IMG/VR virus record: IMGVR_UViG_3300036770_004943
Coordinates: 1 to 64,000 of that record
Length of the DNA stretch: 64,000 nucleotides
DNA from: a virus
Taxonomy: Duplodnaviria > Heunggongvirae > Uroviricota > Caudoviricetes
Direction: 5' to 3' (one strand)
How positions within the stretch are numbered: position 1 is the first letter of the stretch; each line of letters begins with the position of its first letter. The notes beneath the pieces were generated by a model that made no database searches, was not told the origin of the DNA, and saw only the letters and a program-made list of their open reading frames with translations. Made by a program: the position numbers and the translations under genes. Below are positions 38,624 to 48,660 of the stretch, one piece after another.

Positions 38624-39322
38624 TTATAATCCATACCTACCTTTATGTGTATTATAATTTTGTAATACTTCCGATGGTGATAATGATTTATTACTATAAA
38701 TTCTAACTATAGGAATTCTACCAAAAAATTGTGTATCCCCAGCAGTCCTATTACCAATTTTCGCTGTTATACCTAAATCACTCCAAAGAAAATTAGTTCT
38801 TGTTTGTGATGTATTTTCTACACCATTAATATATATTTTTACATTATTATTATTTTTCACCACAACTATATGGTACCAAGTATTTAATAATATCAATGAA
38901 GTGCTACTTACCACTGGATTCATGTTAGGACCTCCATCTCCACCAATAAAAAAATTACCCCCATTCGCTACCGCCATAACGGTTGAATTTATATTAAATA
39001 TTGTATCTATACCTAATATGTTTGACCTAAAACTAGTCCCTAAACCAGTTCTATAAATCCAAGTTTCTATAGACCAATTACTAAAATTATTTAAATTTAA
39101 TAAAATATTTTTATCTGTCTGAGCGTATTCCCCATTAAAAACTAAACTACCCATATTATTATTACTAAAGGTAGGTTGACTACTTAAAGTCCAATCTTTT
39201 AAATTAGAACTTAAATCAGACCAAATAAGACCAGAACCAGGGTATGATTTAATGTTAGCGGTGTCTAAACACAAAACTAAACCATCGGTTACAATATTCC
39301 CACCACCTTGTGTTGTACTCAT
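38624..39322 (-). CDS. LamG/concanavalin-like domain protein (232 aa), paralog A.
   Basis: VTDGLVLCLDTANIKSYPGSGLIWSDLS..., WYHIVVVKNNNNVKIYINGVE, RIPIVRIYSNKSLSPSEVLQNYN. Laminin_G_3-type pattern. Confidence 0.6.
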   Translation of the reverse strand: MSTTQGGGNIVTDGLVLCLDTANIKSYPGSGLIWSDLSSNLKDWTLSSQPTFSNNNMGSLVFNGEYAQTDKNILLNLNNFSNWSIETWIYRTGLGTSFRSNILGIDTIFNINSTVMAVANGGNFFIGGDGGPNMNPVVSSTSLILLNTWYHIVVVKNNNNVKIYINGVENTSQTRTNFLWSDLGITAKIGNRTAGDTQFFGRIPIVRIYSNKSLSPSEVLQNYNTHKGRYGL

Positions 39323-39588
39323 AATGTCATTGGATCTGGGTTAGTCCATTCTGGAGTTGATAATATTGTTAATATTTCTTCGTATGAAAATGGACCTTCT
39401 TTAGTTGTTAAACTATCTACCGATGAAGGAACTCCTTCAGTATTCCATTTAACAAATGTTTTTGTTTCATCAACCGATTTTCTTACCGTGTCAATTGAAG
39501 TTTCACATACTTGAGTGAAATCGATATTTGATAGTTCACTAACATCAAATATCATAAATTTTCTGTTTTCGTATAATTGTTTTTCCAT
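39319..39588 (-). CDS. Small hypothetical protein (89 aa).
   Basis: ORF between LamG paralogs, 4-nt overlap with downstream gene. Confidence 0.4.
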   Translation of the reverse strand: MEKQLYENRKFMIFDVSELSNIDFTQVCETSIDTVRKSVDETKTFVKWNTEGVPSSVDSLTTKEGPFSYEEILTILSTPEWTNPDPMTL

Positions 39589-39592
39589 ATTT

Positions 39593-40294
39593 TTATAAAT
39601 TAAATCTTCCTTTTAGTGCATTGTAGTTTTGAAGAACTTCTGACGATGTAAGTAATCTATTATAAAACTTAGTGGTCGATACTCTGCCGTTAAAATTAAA
39701 ACTCCCCACTCCGTAAGCGCAAATTTTAGAAGTTGAATTACCGCCAAAAGTGCCTGAAGCGGTGTCAGTATATATTAAATTACCATTAAGATAGAGTGAT
39801 GAAACAGAACCATTTCTGGTTATGGTTATCTCAAAAAACTGATTTATTGGGTACCAACTACTCCCTAACTCAGTACCGATAGATAATATTTTACTACCAC
39901 CATAAACATTTATAGCCGCATTCGTGGTAAGTTGTCCACCAGTACCCGGACCTAGGGCTAACGCTCCGGTATTATTACCACCTAAGTCTTGAACATATTT
40001 ATAAGTTCTATCTAATTTATATAACCAATACGAAATGCTAAAAGCGTTTGACCCAAAATTAAAAGATGGTATTGAAACATAATCATTAGTCCCATCAAAA
40101 ACAATAGCACCTCCATTATCACCATTCCATATGGTTTGAGAACCAAAATTAGTTAAAGTACCATTATTCCCATTACCACTTAAATCTCCCCATAAAGTTC
40201 CTGTTCTTGGATAAGAATCTTTTTTACCGGCATCTAAATGTAATACTAGACCATTTCTTACTATACCTCCGTAATATGATATTCTTCCTGACAT
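39593..40294 (-). CDS. LamG/concanavalin-like domain protein (233 aa), paralog B.
   Basis: RNGLVLHLDAGKKDSYPRTGTLWGDLSGNGNNGTLTNF is the classic Laminin_G_3 N-terminal motif. C-terminus LTSSEVLQNYNALKGRFNL. Confidence 0.65.
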   Translation of the reverse strand: MSGRISYYGGIVRNGLVLHLDAGKKDSYPRTGTLWGDLSGNGNNGTLTNFGSQTIWNGDNGGAIVFDGTNDYVSIPSFNFGSNAFSISYWLYKLDRTYKYVQDLGGNNTGALALGPGTGGQLTTNAAINVYGGSKILSIGTELGSSWYPINQFFEITITRNGSVSSLYLNGNLIYTDTASGTFGGNSTSKICAYGVGSFNFNGRVSTTKFYNRLLTSSEVLQNYNALKGRFNL

Positions 40295-40299
40295 AATTT

Positions 40300-41028
40300 T
40301 TAATTTAAATTGTATCTTGATTTTAATGCGTTGTAGTTTTGAATTATTTCTGTTGCGGATAATGTACGATTATACATAATTTGAGGACCTAACCACACTT
40401 TTTGACCCACAGATGCTCCGTCACCACCCATAAATTTTAATGTATTTGTGTTATTGTTTACGTCTCTACTATATGGGTCAGTTAAAGTTTGTAATAGGTT
40501 TCCGTTAAGATATAATTTATATTCATAAATTGATTTAGTTACGCAAACAAAAGACCATTTATTACTAACGACCGAGCTATAATCTATGGTAGGTATTACA
40601 TCTGTATTTGGGGGTGTGGGGGCCGAACCTGTTAATCTAAAATACAATCCATTATAAACACCACCTCTAAAAGAAAGTACTACACCTGAATTACCATTAG
40701 TTGTGCCCTTACCTAAAATATCCGCCCTTGTTAAAATGGTTGTAATTGTTAGATTACAATAAACGAAACCACAATAAGACCATGTGGGTGGAATTTGAAA
40801 GTCGGAGAAAGTGGTACCAACTTGTACGTAACTATCAACACCATCACTTTTAATAATTCCATTGTTAATTGTATCAAATGTTGGACTATTAATTAAATTA
40901 ACATTATAATTATTTCTACTTAAATCAGTCCATATTGTACCAGAACCAAGATATGATTTGGTATTAGCCGCGTCTAAATACAACACAAGACCATCAGTTA
41001 CTATGCGTGGACTAAAATTATAACTCAT
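40300..41028 (-). CDS. LamG/concanavalin-like domain protein (242 aa), paralog C.
   Basis: IVTDGLVLYLDAANTKSYLGSGTIWTDLSRNNYNVNL. C-terminus LSATEIIQNYNALKSRYNLN. Confidence 0.6.
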   Translation of the reverse strand: MSYNFSPRIVTDGLVLYLDAANTKSYLGSGTIWTDLSRNNYNVNLINSPTFDTINNGIIKSDGVDSYVQVGTTFSDFQIPPTWSYCGFVYCNLTITTILTRADILGKGTTNGNSGVVLSFRGGVYNGLYFRLTGSAPTPPNTDVIPTIDYSSVVSNKWSFVCVTKSIYEYKLYLNGNLLQTLTDPYSRDVNNNTNTLKFMGGDGASVGQKVWLGPQIMYNRTLSATEIIQNYNALKSRYNLN

Positions 41029-44000
41029 ATCGACCTAACAATTGTTTTTAAAGTCCACCCCGTTGTTGTTGCGGAACTACTTAATATTGCATTACCACTT
41101 GACACAGACATAAGGAATGTAACGCCAGCCGTATTACCAATATCGTTTGTACTAACATCTGTGTATTGTACTGTGGTACCACTCCATATTGACATAATAT
41201 TTCCTGCTCTAGCACCTGTTGAACTAATTACTGTATAATCAAAAAACGCTCCCGTATAAGCACTTGTGGGTATTGAATATACCGTATTTGTACCTGCGGT
41301 TAATGAAGTCCTAATTGTTGTATTAAGTGAGGGTGCTAAATAACTTCCTTGTAATATTGTATTGTTTGAAAAAACTTCTAAAATCGGTAACCCAGATATA
41401 TCATTAACTGAAAATAACGATCCAACTAAAGAGTCAGTAACACTAAACAATTCACCAGATGAACCCTGTACAGTAAATAATGGTGAAGTGGTACTATTAC
41501 CAGATCCAATTATTGTTAATATATTTTGTCCTGTTCCAGAAAATAACGCAGAAGTGCCAGTAATACCTCTAACAGAAGTACTACCTGTCACTGTTAAATT
41601 CCCATTGATAGTTAAACCTGTCATAGTAGAAATATTAACAGTTAATGGTGATTTACCTTCATTTCTAGTTAATGTTAAATTATTATTTGTGTAGGTGAAA
41701 CCTGTGACGTATGTATCACTTGAAGTAAATCCAGTAATAATAACAGAACCATTTTGTCGATTTAAAATTAAAGTACCACTACTACCACTAGTACTAAAGG
41801 TACCTCCAGTTACATAAAAATTATCCGTAACTATACCACTTAAATATTGTCCATTACCGTAATAAGTTGTTGCACTAAGGGAACCAATAATTTCTACATT
41901 ACCACTTATAGTACCACCACTTTTGTCAAACTTAGAATCTAATGAAGACTGTAAGTTATTAATTTCTGAAATAGGATGTGTGTGCCCACTGTTTAATAAT
42001 GATAAACTATCATTTTCTAAAATTATCTTTTTTGTAGAGCCAGATAAACCCGCAACCCAGTACCCATCAAGTTCTTCCCATAATAAAGAAGCTGTGGTAC
42101 CAGAACCTCTCAAAACTTCAACACCAGAATTACCAAAAAATGGTTGTGTATTACCACTATAATTTGAATTTAAAGTAATTATATTATCAGCTACGGTTAA
42201 AGTTTCTGTGTTAATTGTTGTTGCAGTACCAAGAATGTTAACATTTCCAGTTATAGTAACATCCCCATCAACAAAAGAGTCACCAAGAACATGTAATCTA
42301 AATATAGGTGTAGAAATCCCAACACCAACATTACCATCGTCTCTAACAACAAAGTTATTAGTCCCACCACTATTTTGAATTACTAAAGAATATGAACTTG
42401 AAGTATCTGTGTCACCCCTTAAACCTAATCTTGCTGGTATTGTAACACCACCAATATTTTCATTAAAAATTGAAACTCTTTGATTTAAAGAATTAAAATT
42501 AATCCAATCACCATTTGTCGTTCTTCTTCTGAAATTAAAAGTGTCTGGAAGTCTCCATAATAAAAGATTACTACCGGCGGTAACTAATTCGGCCACCGAA
42601 GAACCATTAACTGCGTGTGTTAAATAAGAATAAGTTCCAGAATTTATATTTAAATACGTATTAACACCGTCAGAACTAGTTGTCATGTCAACACCATAAT
42701 TAGATCCGTCTCTAACATACAACCCAACTGGTGCCCAATTTGGTGATGTACTGTAGTTTTTGATGTGGACAATTGTTGTACCTGTTAAATCTTTAGGTAA
42801 AACCTCTAATTGATAGTTTGGATTTGAAGAATTAATACCGACATTACCATCATTTCTAACAACAAAATTATCTGTACCGCCACTATTTTGAACTTTTAAG
42901 CCATAGTTTGATGATGAAGAGTCTAAACCTTTTACTTCCAATTTTGATGTCGGAGTACTTGTGCCGACACCAAGATTAACACCACCATTTTCACCAATTA
43001 AAACATCACCAACACTATTGTTTTGGATATGTAAAGGTGAACAAGAATTAACATTACTAACAAATAAGTCTGTAAAACAATTTCCAGAAGTACCTAAAAA
43101 ACCACCATTAAAAGTTGTTGCTGAAATTGTGTTAGATTTAACATTATTAAGGTTAATATTGTTATCTAAATCTAAAACAACTGAAGTACCTATAACCCTA
43201 GAACCTATGTTTGTACCACCAGAAATAGTTAAAGTTGCATTAGGACTTGGTGCTGTTATTATAGTTGATGTATCACCCCTAACATTAATCCAAGAATTTG
43301 TAGGTGGTGCATCCACAATACCCTCAACCAACTCTATTTTATCTAAAAATAAATTAGATTGATTAGTGGAACTATTAACTATTTGTATTTGTAATGAATT
43401 TACTATTGTATTTGTTAATGCAAATTTCCATAAAGGAATTGAAATTAACTGCCATGTTGATGTGTTTGTACTTGAATATTGTATGTATCCGGCGGTGTTA
43501 GCCGCGTTCATTATAACCAAATTACCTATTTGTGCCCCACCAACATTTCTAAAAGTAAATCTTAACTGATTAGTTGTGTTGTTAGGTATCCTATTTTTAA
43601 TAGCAAATTGTAATGTAGAATACTGTGAAGTATCAAATTGAGTAGAAGAAGATAAATTTATAATAGATGTACTACTTGTAACACCACTAAGTTCAATTGA
43701 TTTTGTACCACTATAAAATTGGTTGGTAGAATTACCTTTTATTCTTGTTGGGTTATTTGTAGAAAATAACCACTCAGAAGGGGGTCCATCATTTTCGTTA
43801 TAAATTAATTCTGTGGTAATATTAGGTGTTGAAGCATTTGCAGGTACAGATACGAAAGTAACTTCTACTTGTGTTGATTCGTCTATATCTGGTTTTTCTG
43901 GGTTAGGTGAAGGCGTACCTTCTACAAAACCTGTATTACCGCTTATATCAGCTACTATAACATCAATCCTACCATATGTAGTGTCACCACTATTTAATGT

Positions 44001-44870
44001 AACAAATGTTTGTCCTGTGATTTCATAAATTACACTATTAATTATATAATTTAGGGGTGTAATACTAAAAGTTAATCCACTAACATATGAGGCTCCACCG
44101 TTTAAAAGTTTATTACCTGTAACAACTAAATTCCATAGAGTTAAATCTTGTTCAGAAATCCAACTAGCATTACCGTTTGAGTCTGATGATAAAAGATATC
44201 CACTAGTGTTACCAGTACTAGGTAGTTGAAAGAAATTAGTGGTTAGAGTAGTAGAAGTTACAGAATTAGTTATCAATGAATTAGTTTCTACCGTTGTAGC
44301 TGATAAAGTATCACTAACAGTTAACCCACTAAAAGAATTTATGTATTGGGTTATCGAAGTATTATCATTTTTATAAAAATCTAATTTATTTGATTGGCCG
44401 TCCCATGTCACCCCCGTTATAATTAATCCCCACAAATTTAAATTCTGTTCAGGTACCCAAGAAGCGTTACCGTTAGGGTCTGAAATTAAGAAGTAACCAT
44501 TTGTATCACCAGAAGTTTTTAAAGTAAAAAAGTCTGTTTCTACTGTTGTGGCTGATAATCCACCTGTAAAAATTGTATAACCCGTAACAGTACCACCAGT
44601 AAAATTACCACCACCTAAAGAAAAAAGTTCCCAATCGGAATTATCATAATTCCATGGTTCAGTTTTTAATTTATAATAACTTGTGCCACCACTAATACCG
44701 ACAATCATTCCGGCACGTCTTCTATCATTCGGAATGTTATCTAAATCACTCAATAAATCAAGATTCCTAAGGCCATCAATACCGTATATAGGATCAATAA
44801 CCGCATATGTATCACCAGTACTACTTGGAGTTATAAAACCGTAAACTGTTACACCACCAATAATTGACAT
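41025..44870 (-). CDS. Large tail fiber protein (1281 aa).
   Basis: N-terminus VIDPIYGIDGLRNLDLLSDLDNIPNDRRRAGMIVGISGG..YYKL is a fiber-attachment-type motif. The GN(T)SGY(F)L(I)SSDxNGNASW(V/I)xEQxL motif occurs twice. Contains the DTYVTGFTYTNNNLTLTRNEGKSPLTVNISTMTGLTINGNLTVTG module shared with 21163-23277. Confidence 0.7.
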   Translation of the reverse strand: MSIIGGVTVYGFITPSSTGDTYAVIDPIYGIDGLRNLDLLSDLDNIPNDRRRAGMIVGISGGTSYYKLKTEPWNYDNSDWELFSLGGGNFTGGTVTGYTIFTGGLSATTVETDFFTLKTSGDTNGYFLISDPNGNASWVPEQNLNLWGLIITGVTWDGQSNKLDFYKNDNTSITQYINSFSGLTVSDTLSATTVETNSLITNSVTSTTLTTNFFQLPSTGNTSGYLLSSDSNGNASWISEQDLTLWNLVVTGNKLLNGGASYVSGLTFSITPLNYIINSVIYEITGQTFVTLNSGDTTYGRIDVIVADISGNTGFVEGTPSPNPEKPDIDESTQVEVTFVSVPANASTPNITTELIYNENDGPPSEWLFSTNNPTRIKGNSTNQFYSGTKSIELSGVTSSTSIINLSSSTQFDTSQYSTLQFAIKNRIPNNTTNQLRFTFRNVGGAQIGNLVIMNAANTAGYIQYSSTNTSTWQLISIPLWKFALTNTIVNSLQIQIVNSSTNQSNLFLDKIELVEGIVDAPPTNSWINVRGDTSTIITAPSPNATLTISGGTNIGSRVIGTSVVLDLDNNINLNNVKSNTISATTFNGGFLGTSGNCFTDLFVSNVNSCSPLHIQNNSVGDVLIGENGGVNLGVGTSTPTSKLEVKGLDSSSSNYGLKVQNSGGTDNFVVRNDGNVGINSSNPNYQLEVLPKDLTGTTIVHIKNYSTSPNWAPVGLYVRDGSNYGVDMTTSSDGVNTYLNINSGTYSYLTHAVNGSSVAELVTAGSNLLLWRLPDTFNFRRRTTNGDWINFNSLNQRVSIFNENIGGVTIPARLGLRGDTDTSSSYSLVIQNSGGTNNFVVRDDGNVGVGISTPIFRLHVLGDSFVDGDVTITGNVNILGTATTINTETLTVADNIITLNSNYSGNTQPFFGNSGVEVLRGSGTTASLLWEELDGYWVAGLSGSTKKIILENDSLSLLNSGHTHPISEINNLQSSLDSKFDKSGGTISGNVEIIGSLSATTYYGNGQYLSGIVTDNFYVTGGTFSTSGSSGTLILNRQNGSVIITGFTSSDTYVTGFTYTNNNLTLTRNEGKSPLTVNISTMTGLTINGNLTVTGSTSVRGITGTSALFSGTGQNILTIIGSGNSTTSPLFTVQGSSGELFSVTDSLVGSLFSVNDISGLPILEVFSNNTILQGSYLAPSLNTTIRTSLTAGTNTVYSIPTSAYTGAFFDYTVISSTGARAGNIMSIWSGTTVQYTDVSTNDIGNTAGVTFLMSVSSGNAILSSSATTTGWTLKTIVRSI

Positions 44871-44892
44871 TTATTTTTATTTTATAAATATC
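44871..44892 (-). promoter_or_regulatory. Conserved late-promoter-like motif upstream of the 1281-aa fiber gene.
   Basis: Minus strand reads GATATTTATAAAATAAAAATAA-ATG. Confidence 0.4.
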
Positions 44893-44945
44893 AAATAAAG
44901 TGGATATAAATAATTTTTTATTTAGTAATAATAATATTTATTAGT

Positions 44946-45335
44946 ATGGCACAAAACTTTTTTATAAGAAAAAATTCAAATTTACCTTTATTAAAACTAA
45001 AAGTGATTAATGATGGTAGAAATTTTTACCGCACAATTTTTAATCGTTTAGAAAATGCCACCATAACATTTTCAATGGTTAACGATAAAGGGCAGTATAA
45101 AATTTTTAATAAACAAGGTTTATTGTTGCCAGTTGATAAAGAAATCTGTCAAGAAGATGGTGAGTATTATTTAGGTTATAGATTTACAGAAAAAGACACA
45201 AATACACCTGGTAGTTATAAGGCTGAATTTAGAATTAACTTTTTAGATGATAACACCTCCTTAGTAGTACCAATTAGAGAGGATTTGTATGTAAATGTTT
45301 TAGATAGCTTCACAAAATCCAGTATCATATGTTAA
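44946..45335 (+). CDS. Hypothetical protein (129 aa).
   Basis: ORF at the strand switch before the replication block. Confidence 0.45.
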   Translation: MAQNFFIRKNSNLPLLKLKVINDGRNFYRTIFNRLENATITFSMVNDKGQYKIFNKQGLLLPVDKEICQEDGEYYLGYRFTEKDTNTPGSYKAEFRINFLDDNTSLVVPIREDLYVNVLDSFTKSSIIC

Positions 45336-45670
45336 ATATAAAATCAATAATTAAAGAAGAGATTATTACAAAAGAAAGTTTTAAAACTTTTGCTGAAAAA
45401 AGATTGGCTGGTGCAGAAAAAATCACTAAAAATGCCAAAGAAAAAGGTGGTCCAGCTATGTTAACTTATCACCACTTTGTTGTAAAATTACCTTATTACA
45501 AAAAAGCAAGCCAAGGTAACTTTGATGTTACTGAAGGTAAAAAAGAATTTAAAGAACTTTTAGATAAGTTATGTAAAATATCTAAAGACGTAGATATGGG
45601 CCAAGTAGAATTTCAAAGGTTGGTTGGTCAAATAGAAGTTTTAGGAGAGTTAATTATTAAAAATAATTAA
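45329..45670 (+). CDS. Hypothetical protein (113 aa).
   Basis: ORF overlapping the upstream gene by 7 nt. Confidence 0.45.
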   Translation: MLNIKSIIKEEIITKESFKTFAEKRLAGAEKITKNAKEKGGPAMLTYHHFVVKLPYYKKASQGNFDVTEGKKEFKELLDKLCKISKDVDMGQVEFQRLVGQIEVLGELIIKNN

Positions 45671-45732
45671 TCTTCACAATCTCATTTTATTTTCATATTT
45701 TTTATTAGTTACTAAACAATAACGAGTGGGTT

Positions 45733-48645
45733 TTGCTGTCCCCGTCCCAAACAGATATAGATATGAGTAAAAAAGAAATTCAACAGGCAACACCTGAAGA
45801 TATAAAGGTGTTTTTAGAAGGTCGCGATTCAGAAAAATATATTGTGGCTGTAGAACTAGACCAAACTGGTGATTGGTCAGTAGATGAATCTAACAGAGTT
45901 TATACATTTATTGATGACCCGATTAAGGGTAAAATGATTAAAACCCAAAAATTTACACCATTTTTATGGACAAAATCACTTAAAGGTAGTGGTTTCTATG
46001 GTGATGATGTAGAACGTATGCGTTCTGAAGCCAAAAAACACGGTATTTTTACAGAAAAATTAAGAACTGACGATAATGAACGTCTTGAAGATGGTTTTAA
46101 ATTTTTGGTTAAATCTTCGGGTACTTACCGTGACTTAGTTAACTTTTTTAAAAAAGGTGGTTTAGATCCTTGGAAAAGAAAAGACATGATTCAAATGGTA
46201 CAACCAATTGAACAGTTTATGATTCAAACTGGTAAACGTTTGTTTAAAGGTTTCGATGATTATACTGAAGTGCATAAATTGGTATTTGATATTGAAACCA
46301 CTTCGTTAGATCCTGAAGATGGCCATATTTTCTTAATAGGAATTAAAGATAACCGTGGATTTCGTAAAATTATTGATTCTTATGATGAAAACGGTAATTG
46401 GTCTGAGGAAACTGAACGTAGAATGATTAAAGAATTCTTTAATATACTTCATGAACGTAACGCTTCTATCATTACAGGTTACAATTCTGAGAACTTTGAC
46501 TGGCGTTATATTTTGGGTCGAATGAAAATTTTAGGTATTAGTAATGAGTCTGTTACAATCAGTAAAAGAGGTGATAAAACAACTACCGTAAATACTAGAA
46601 ATATTATAAAAACGAGACACCCAGAAATCCCAATGTTACGTAAAACAGCTTCACTTAAATTAGGTGCGGAATTAGAAAATTATGAACAAACGGTTATGTG
46701 GGGTATTAATATTTTAGATACTTTACACAGAGTTAGACAAGCACAAGCTTTAAATTCTAATTTAAAAGAGGCAGGTTTAAAATATATCGCGAAAGAGGCG
46801 AAAGTAGAAAGACCAACTCGTGTTTATGTAGACGGTGGACAGTTGGGTAAAATTTGGGTTGAAAATAAAAACTATAACTATAATCCAACAAGTGGTCAGT
46901 GGTATGATATCGATGGTGTAAAACCTGAACCTAAAATGACTGAGGATAAAAAAGGTAACATGGTTGTTGTTGAGGGTTATGAAGATAAATGGGAGGTTGT
47001 TGATGGTCGATTTTTAATTACAGAATACTTAACGGATGACTTGTTAGAAACTGAACAAGTAGATGACATTTATACGCAAGCGGGTTTCTTAACCGCAGCT
47101 TTAGTACCAACAACATTTGGTCGTTCGATTACAATGGGTACAGCAACAATGTGGAAATTATTAATGATGTCTTGGTCATATGAAAATAATTTAGCCTTAC
47201 CAGACATACTACCAAAACGTGATTTTGTGGGCGGTTTATCTAGGTTATTACACTTAGGTTATAGTAAAAAAGTTGCCAAATTTGACTACGCGTCACTTTA
47301 CCCATCAATTCAGTTAACTCACGAAGTATTCCCTGATTGCGATATTACAGGTGCATTACGAGCAATGTTAAAATATTTGTCTGACACTCGTAATAAGTAT
47401 AAAGCTTTGATGAATGAAGAGGCAGCAAAAGGTAATATGAAACTATCATCCATGTACGATAAGAAGCAATTACCAATTAAGATTTTAAATAACTCTGCTT
47501 TTGGTTCTATTTCAGCTCCATATATCTTTCCTTGGGGTGATATCGATATTGGTGAACAAATTACTTGTACAGGTCGACAATATCTTCGTTTAATGATTAA
47601 ATTTTTTATGGATAGGGGTTACACTCCACTGGTACTAGATACTGACGGTGTTAACTTTTCTTGTCCTGAAGATGCTGACACAAGAACTTATGTTGGTAAA
47701 GGTTTACATCGTTTTGTAAAGAAAGATGTTGTTTATACAGGTATTGATGCAGATGTTGCTGAATACAACGAAAGATATATGTTTGGGGCTATGGGTCTTG
47801 ATATTGATGATATTATGGATGCAACGATTAACCTTTCAAGAAAGAATTATGCTATCTTAAAACCAGGTGGTAAAGTAAAATTAACAGGTAACACCATCAA
47901 AGGTAAAACAATCCCAAAATACATTGAAAAGTTTTTAGCTAAAGCAATTAGAATGTTATTAGACGGTAAAGGAAAAGAATTTGTTGATTATTATTATGAA
48001 TATTTAGAAAAAATTTACAACAAACAAGTACCTTTAGTTGAGATAGCTAATAAATCTAAAGTTAAAAAAACCATTCAATCTTATATTAAAAGAGGTACTG
48101 ATAAAAATGGTCGAGATCTACCTAGACAAGCACATATGGAGTTAGTTATTCGTGATAATGTTCATGTTAGTTTGGGTGATACTTTGTACTATGTTAACAA
48201 CGGTACTCGTAAATCCCATGGGGATATTTCATTTAGTAAAACTAAAAAAACACCTGAAGGTGAATTAAAATTTAATTGTTATTTAATCACGGAAGACCAA
48301 ATTAAAAAGAATCCTGATTTAACAGGTGATTATAATGTGCCAAAATATATTGACGCTTTTAATAAGAAAGTAGAACCACTTTTAGTTGTATTCCCACTTC
48401 ATGTTAGAGAATCTTTAATTATTGACAACCCAGAACTAAAACAATTTTTTACTTCTAAAGAGTTAGAACTTATTGGTGGCGTGGCAACAAATCCCGAAGA
48501 CCAAGATACTTTAGAAGAATTAATGACTATGAGTGATGGTGAAATTGAGTTTTGGAGACAAAAAGGTTTATCTTCTGAATACATGATTAAAGACCGTTTT
48601 GTTGAAATGGAAGAATCTGTTGGTTTAAAAAGGCAAATAGGTTAA
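45733..48645 (+). CDS. Family B DNA polymerase (the true start may be the internal Met at about 45763).
   Basis: Exo I FDIETTS, Exo II YNSENFDWRYI, motif A DYASLYPSI, motif B KILNNSAFGS, motif C VLDTDGV. Confidence 0.85.
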   Translation: MLSPSQTDIDMSKKEIQQATPEDIKVFLEGRDSEKYIVAVELDQTGDWSVDESNRVYTFIDDPIKGKMIKTQKFTPFLWTKSLKGSGFYGDDVERMRSEAKKHGIFTEKLRTDDNERLEDGFKFLVKSSGTYRDLVNFFKKGGLDPWKRKDMIQMVQPIEQFMIQTGKRLFKGFDDYTEVHKLVFDIETTSLDPEDGHIFLIGIKDNRGFRKIIDSYDENGNWSEETERRMIKEFFNILHERNASIITGYNSENFDWRYILGRMKILGISNESVTISKRGDKTTTVNTRNIIKTRHPEIPMLRKTASLKLGAELENYEQTVMWGINILDTLHRVRQAQALNSNLKEAGLKYIAKEAKVERPTRVYVDGGQLGKIWVENKNYNYNPTSGQWYDIDGVKPEPKMTEDKKGNMVVVEGYEDKWEVVDGRFLITEYLTDDLLETEQVDDIYTQAGFLTAALVPTTFGRSITMGTATMWKLLMMSWSYENNLALPDILPKRDFVGGLSRLLHLGYSKKVAKFDYASLYPSIQLTHEVFPDCDITGALRAMLKYLSDTRNKYKALMNEEAAKGNMKLSSMYDKKQLPIKILNNSAFGSISAPYIFPWGDIDIGEQITCTGRQYLRLMIKFFMDRGYTPLVLDTDGVNFSCPEDADTRTYVGKGLHRFVKKDVVYTGIDADVAEYNERYMFGAMGLDIDDIMDATINLSRKNYAILKPGGKVKLTGNTIKGKTIPKYIEKFLAKAIRMLLDGKGKEFVDYYYEYLEKIYNKQVPLVEIANKSKVKKTIQSYIKRGTDKNGRDLPRQAHMELVIRDNVHVSLGDTLYYVNNGTRKSHGDISFSKTKKTPEGELKFNCYLITEDQIKKNPDLTGDYNVPKYIDAFNKKVEPLLVVFPLHVRESLIIDNPELKQFFTSKELELIGGVATNPEDQDTLEELMTMSDGEIEFWRQKGLSSEYMIKDRFVEMEESVGLKRQIG

Positions 48646-48660
48646 ACAAATCGTTTTTAT

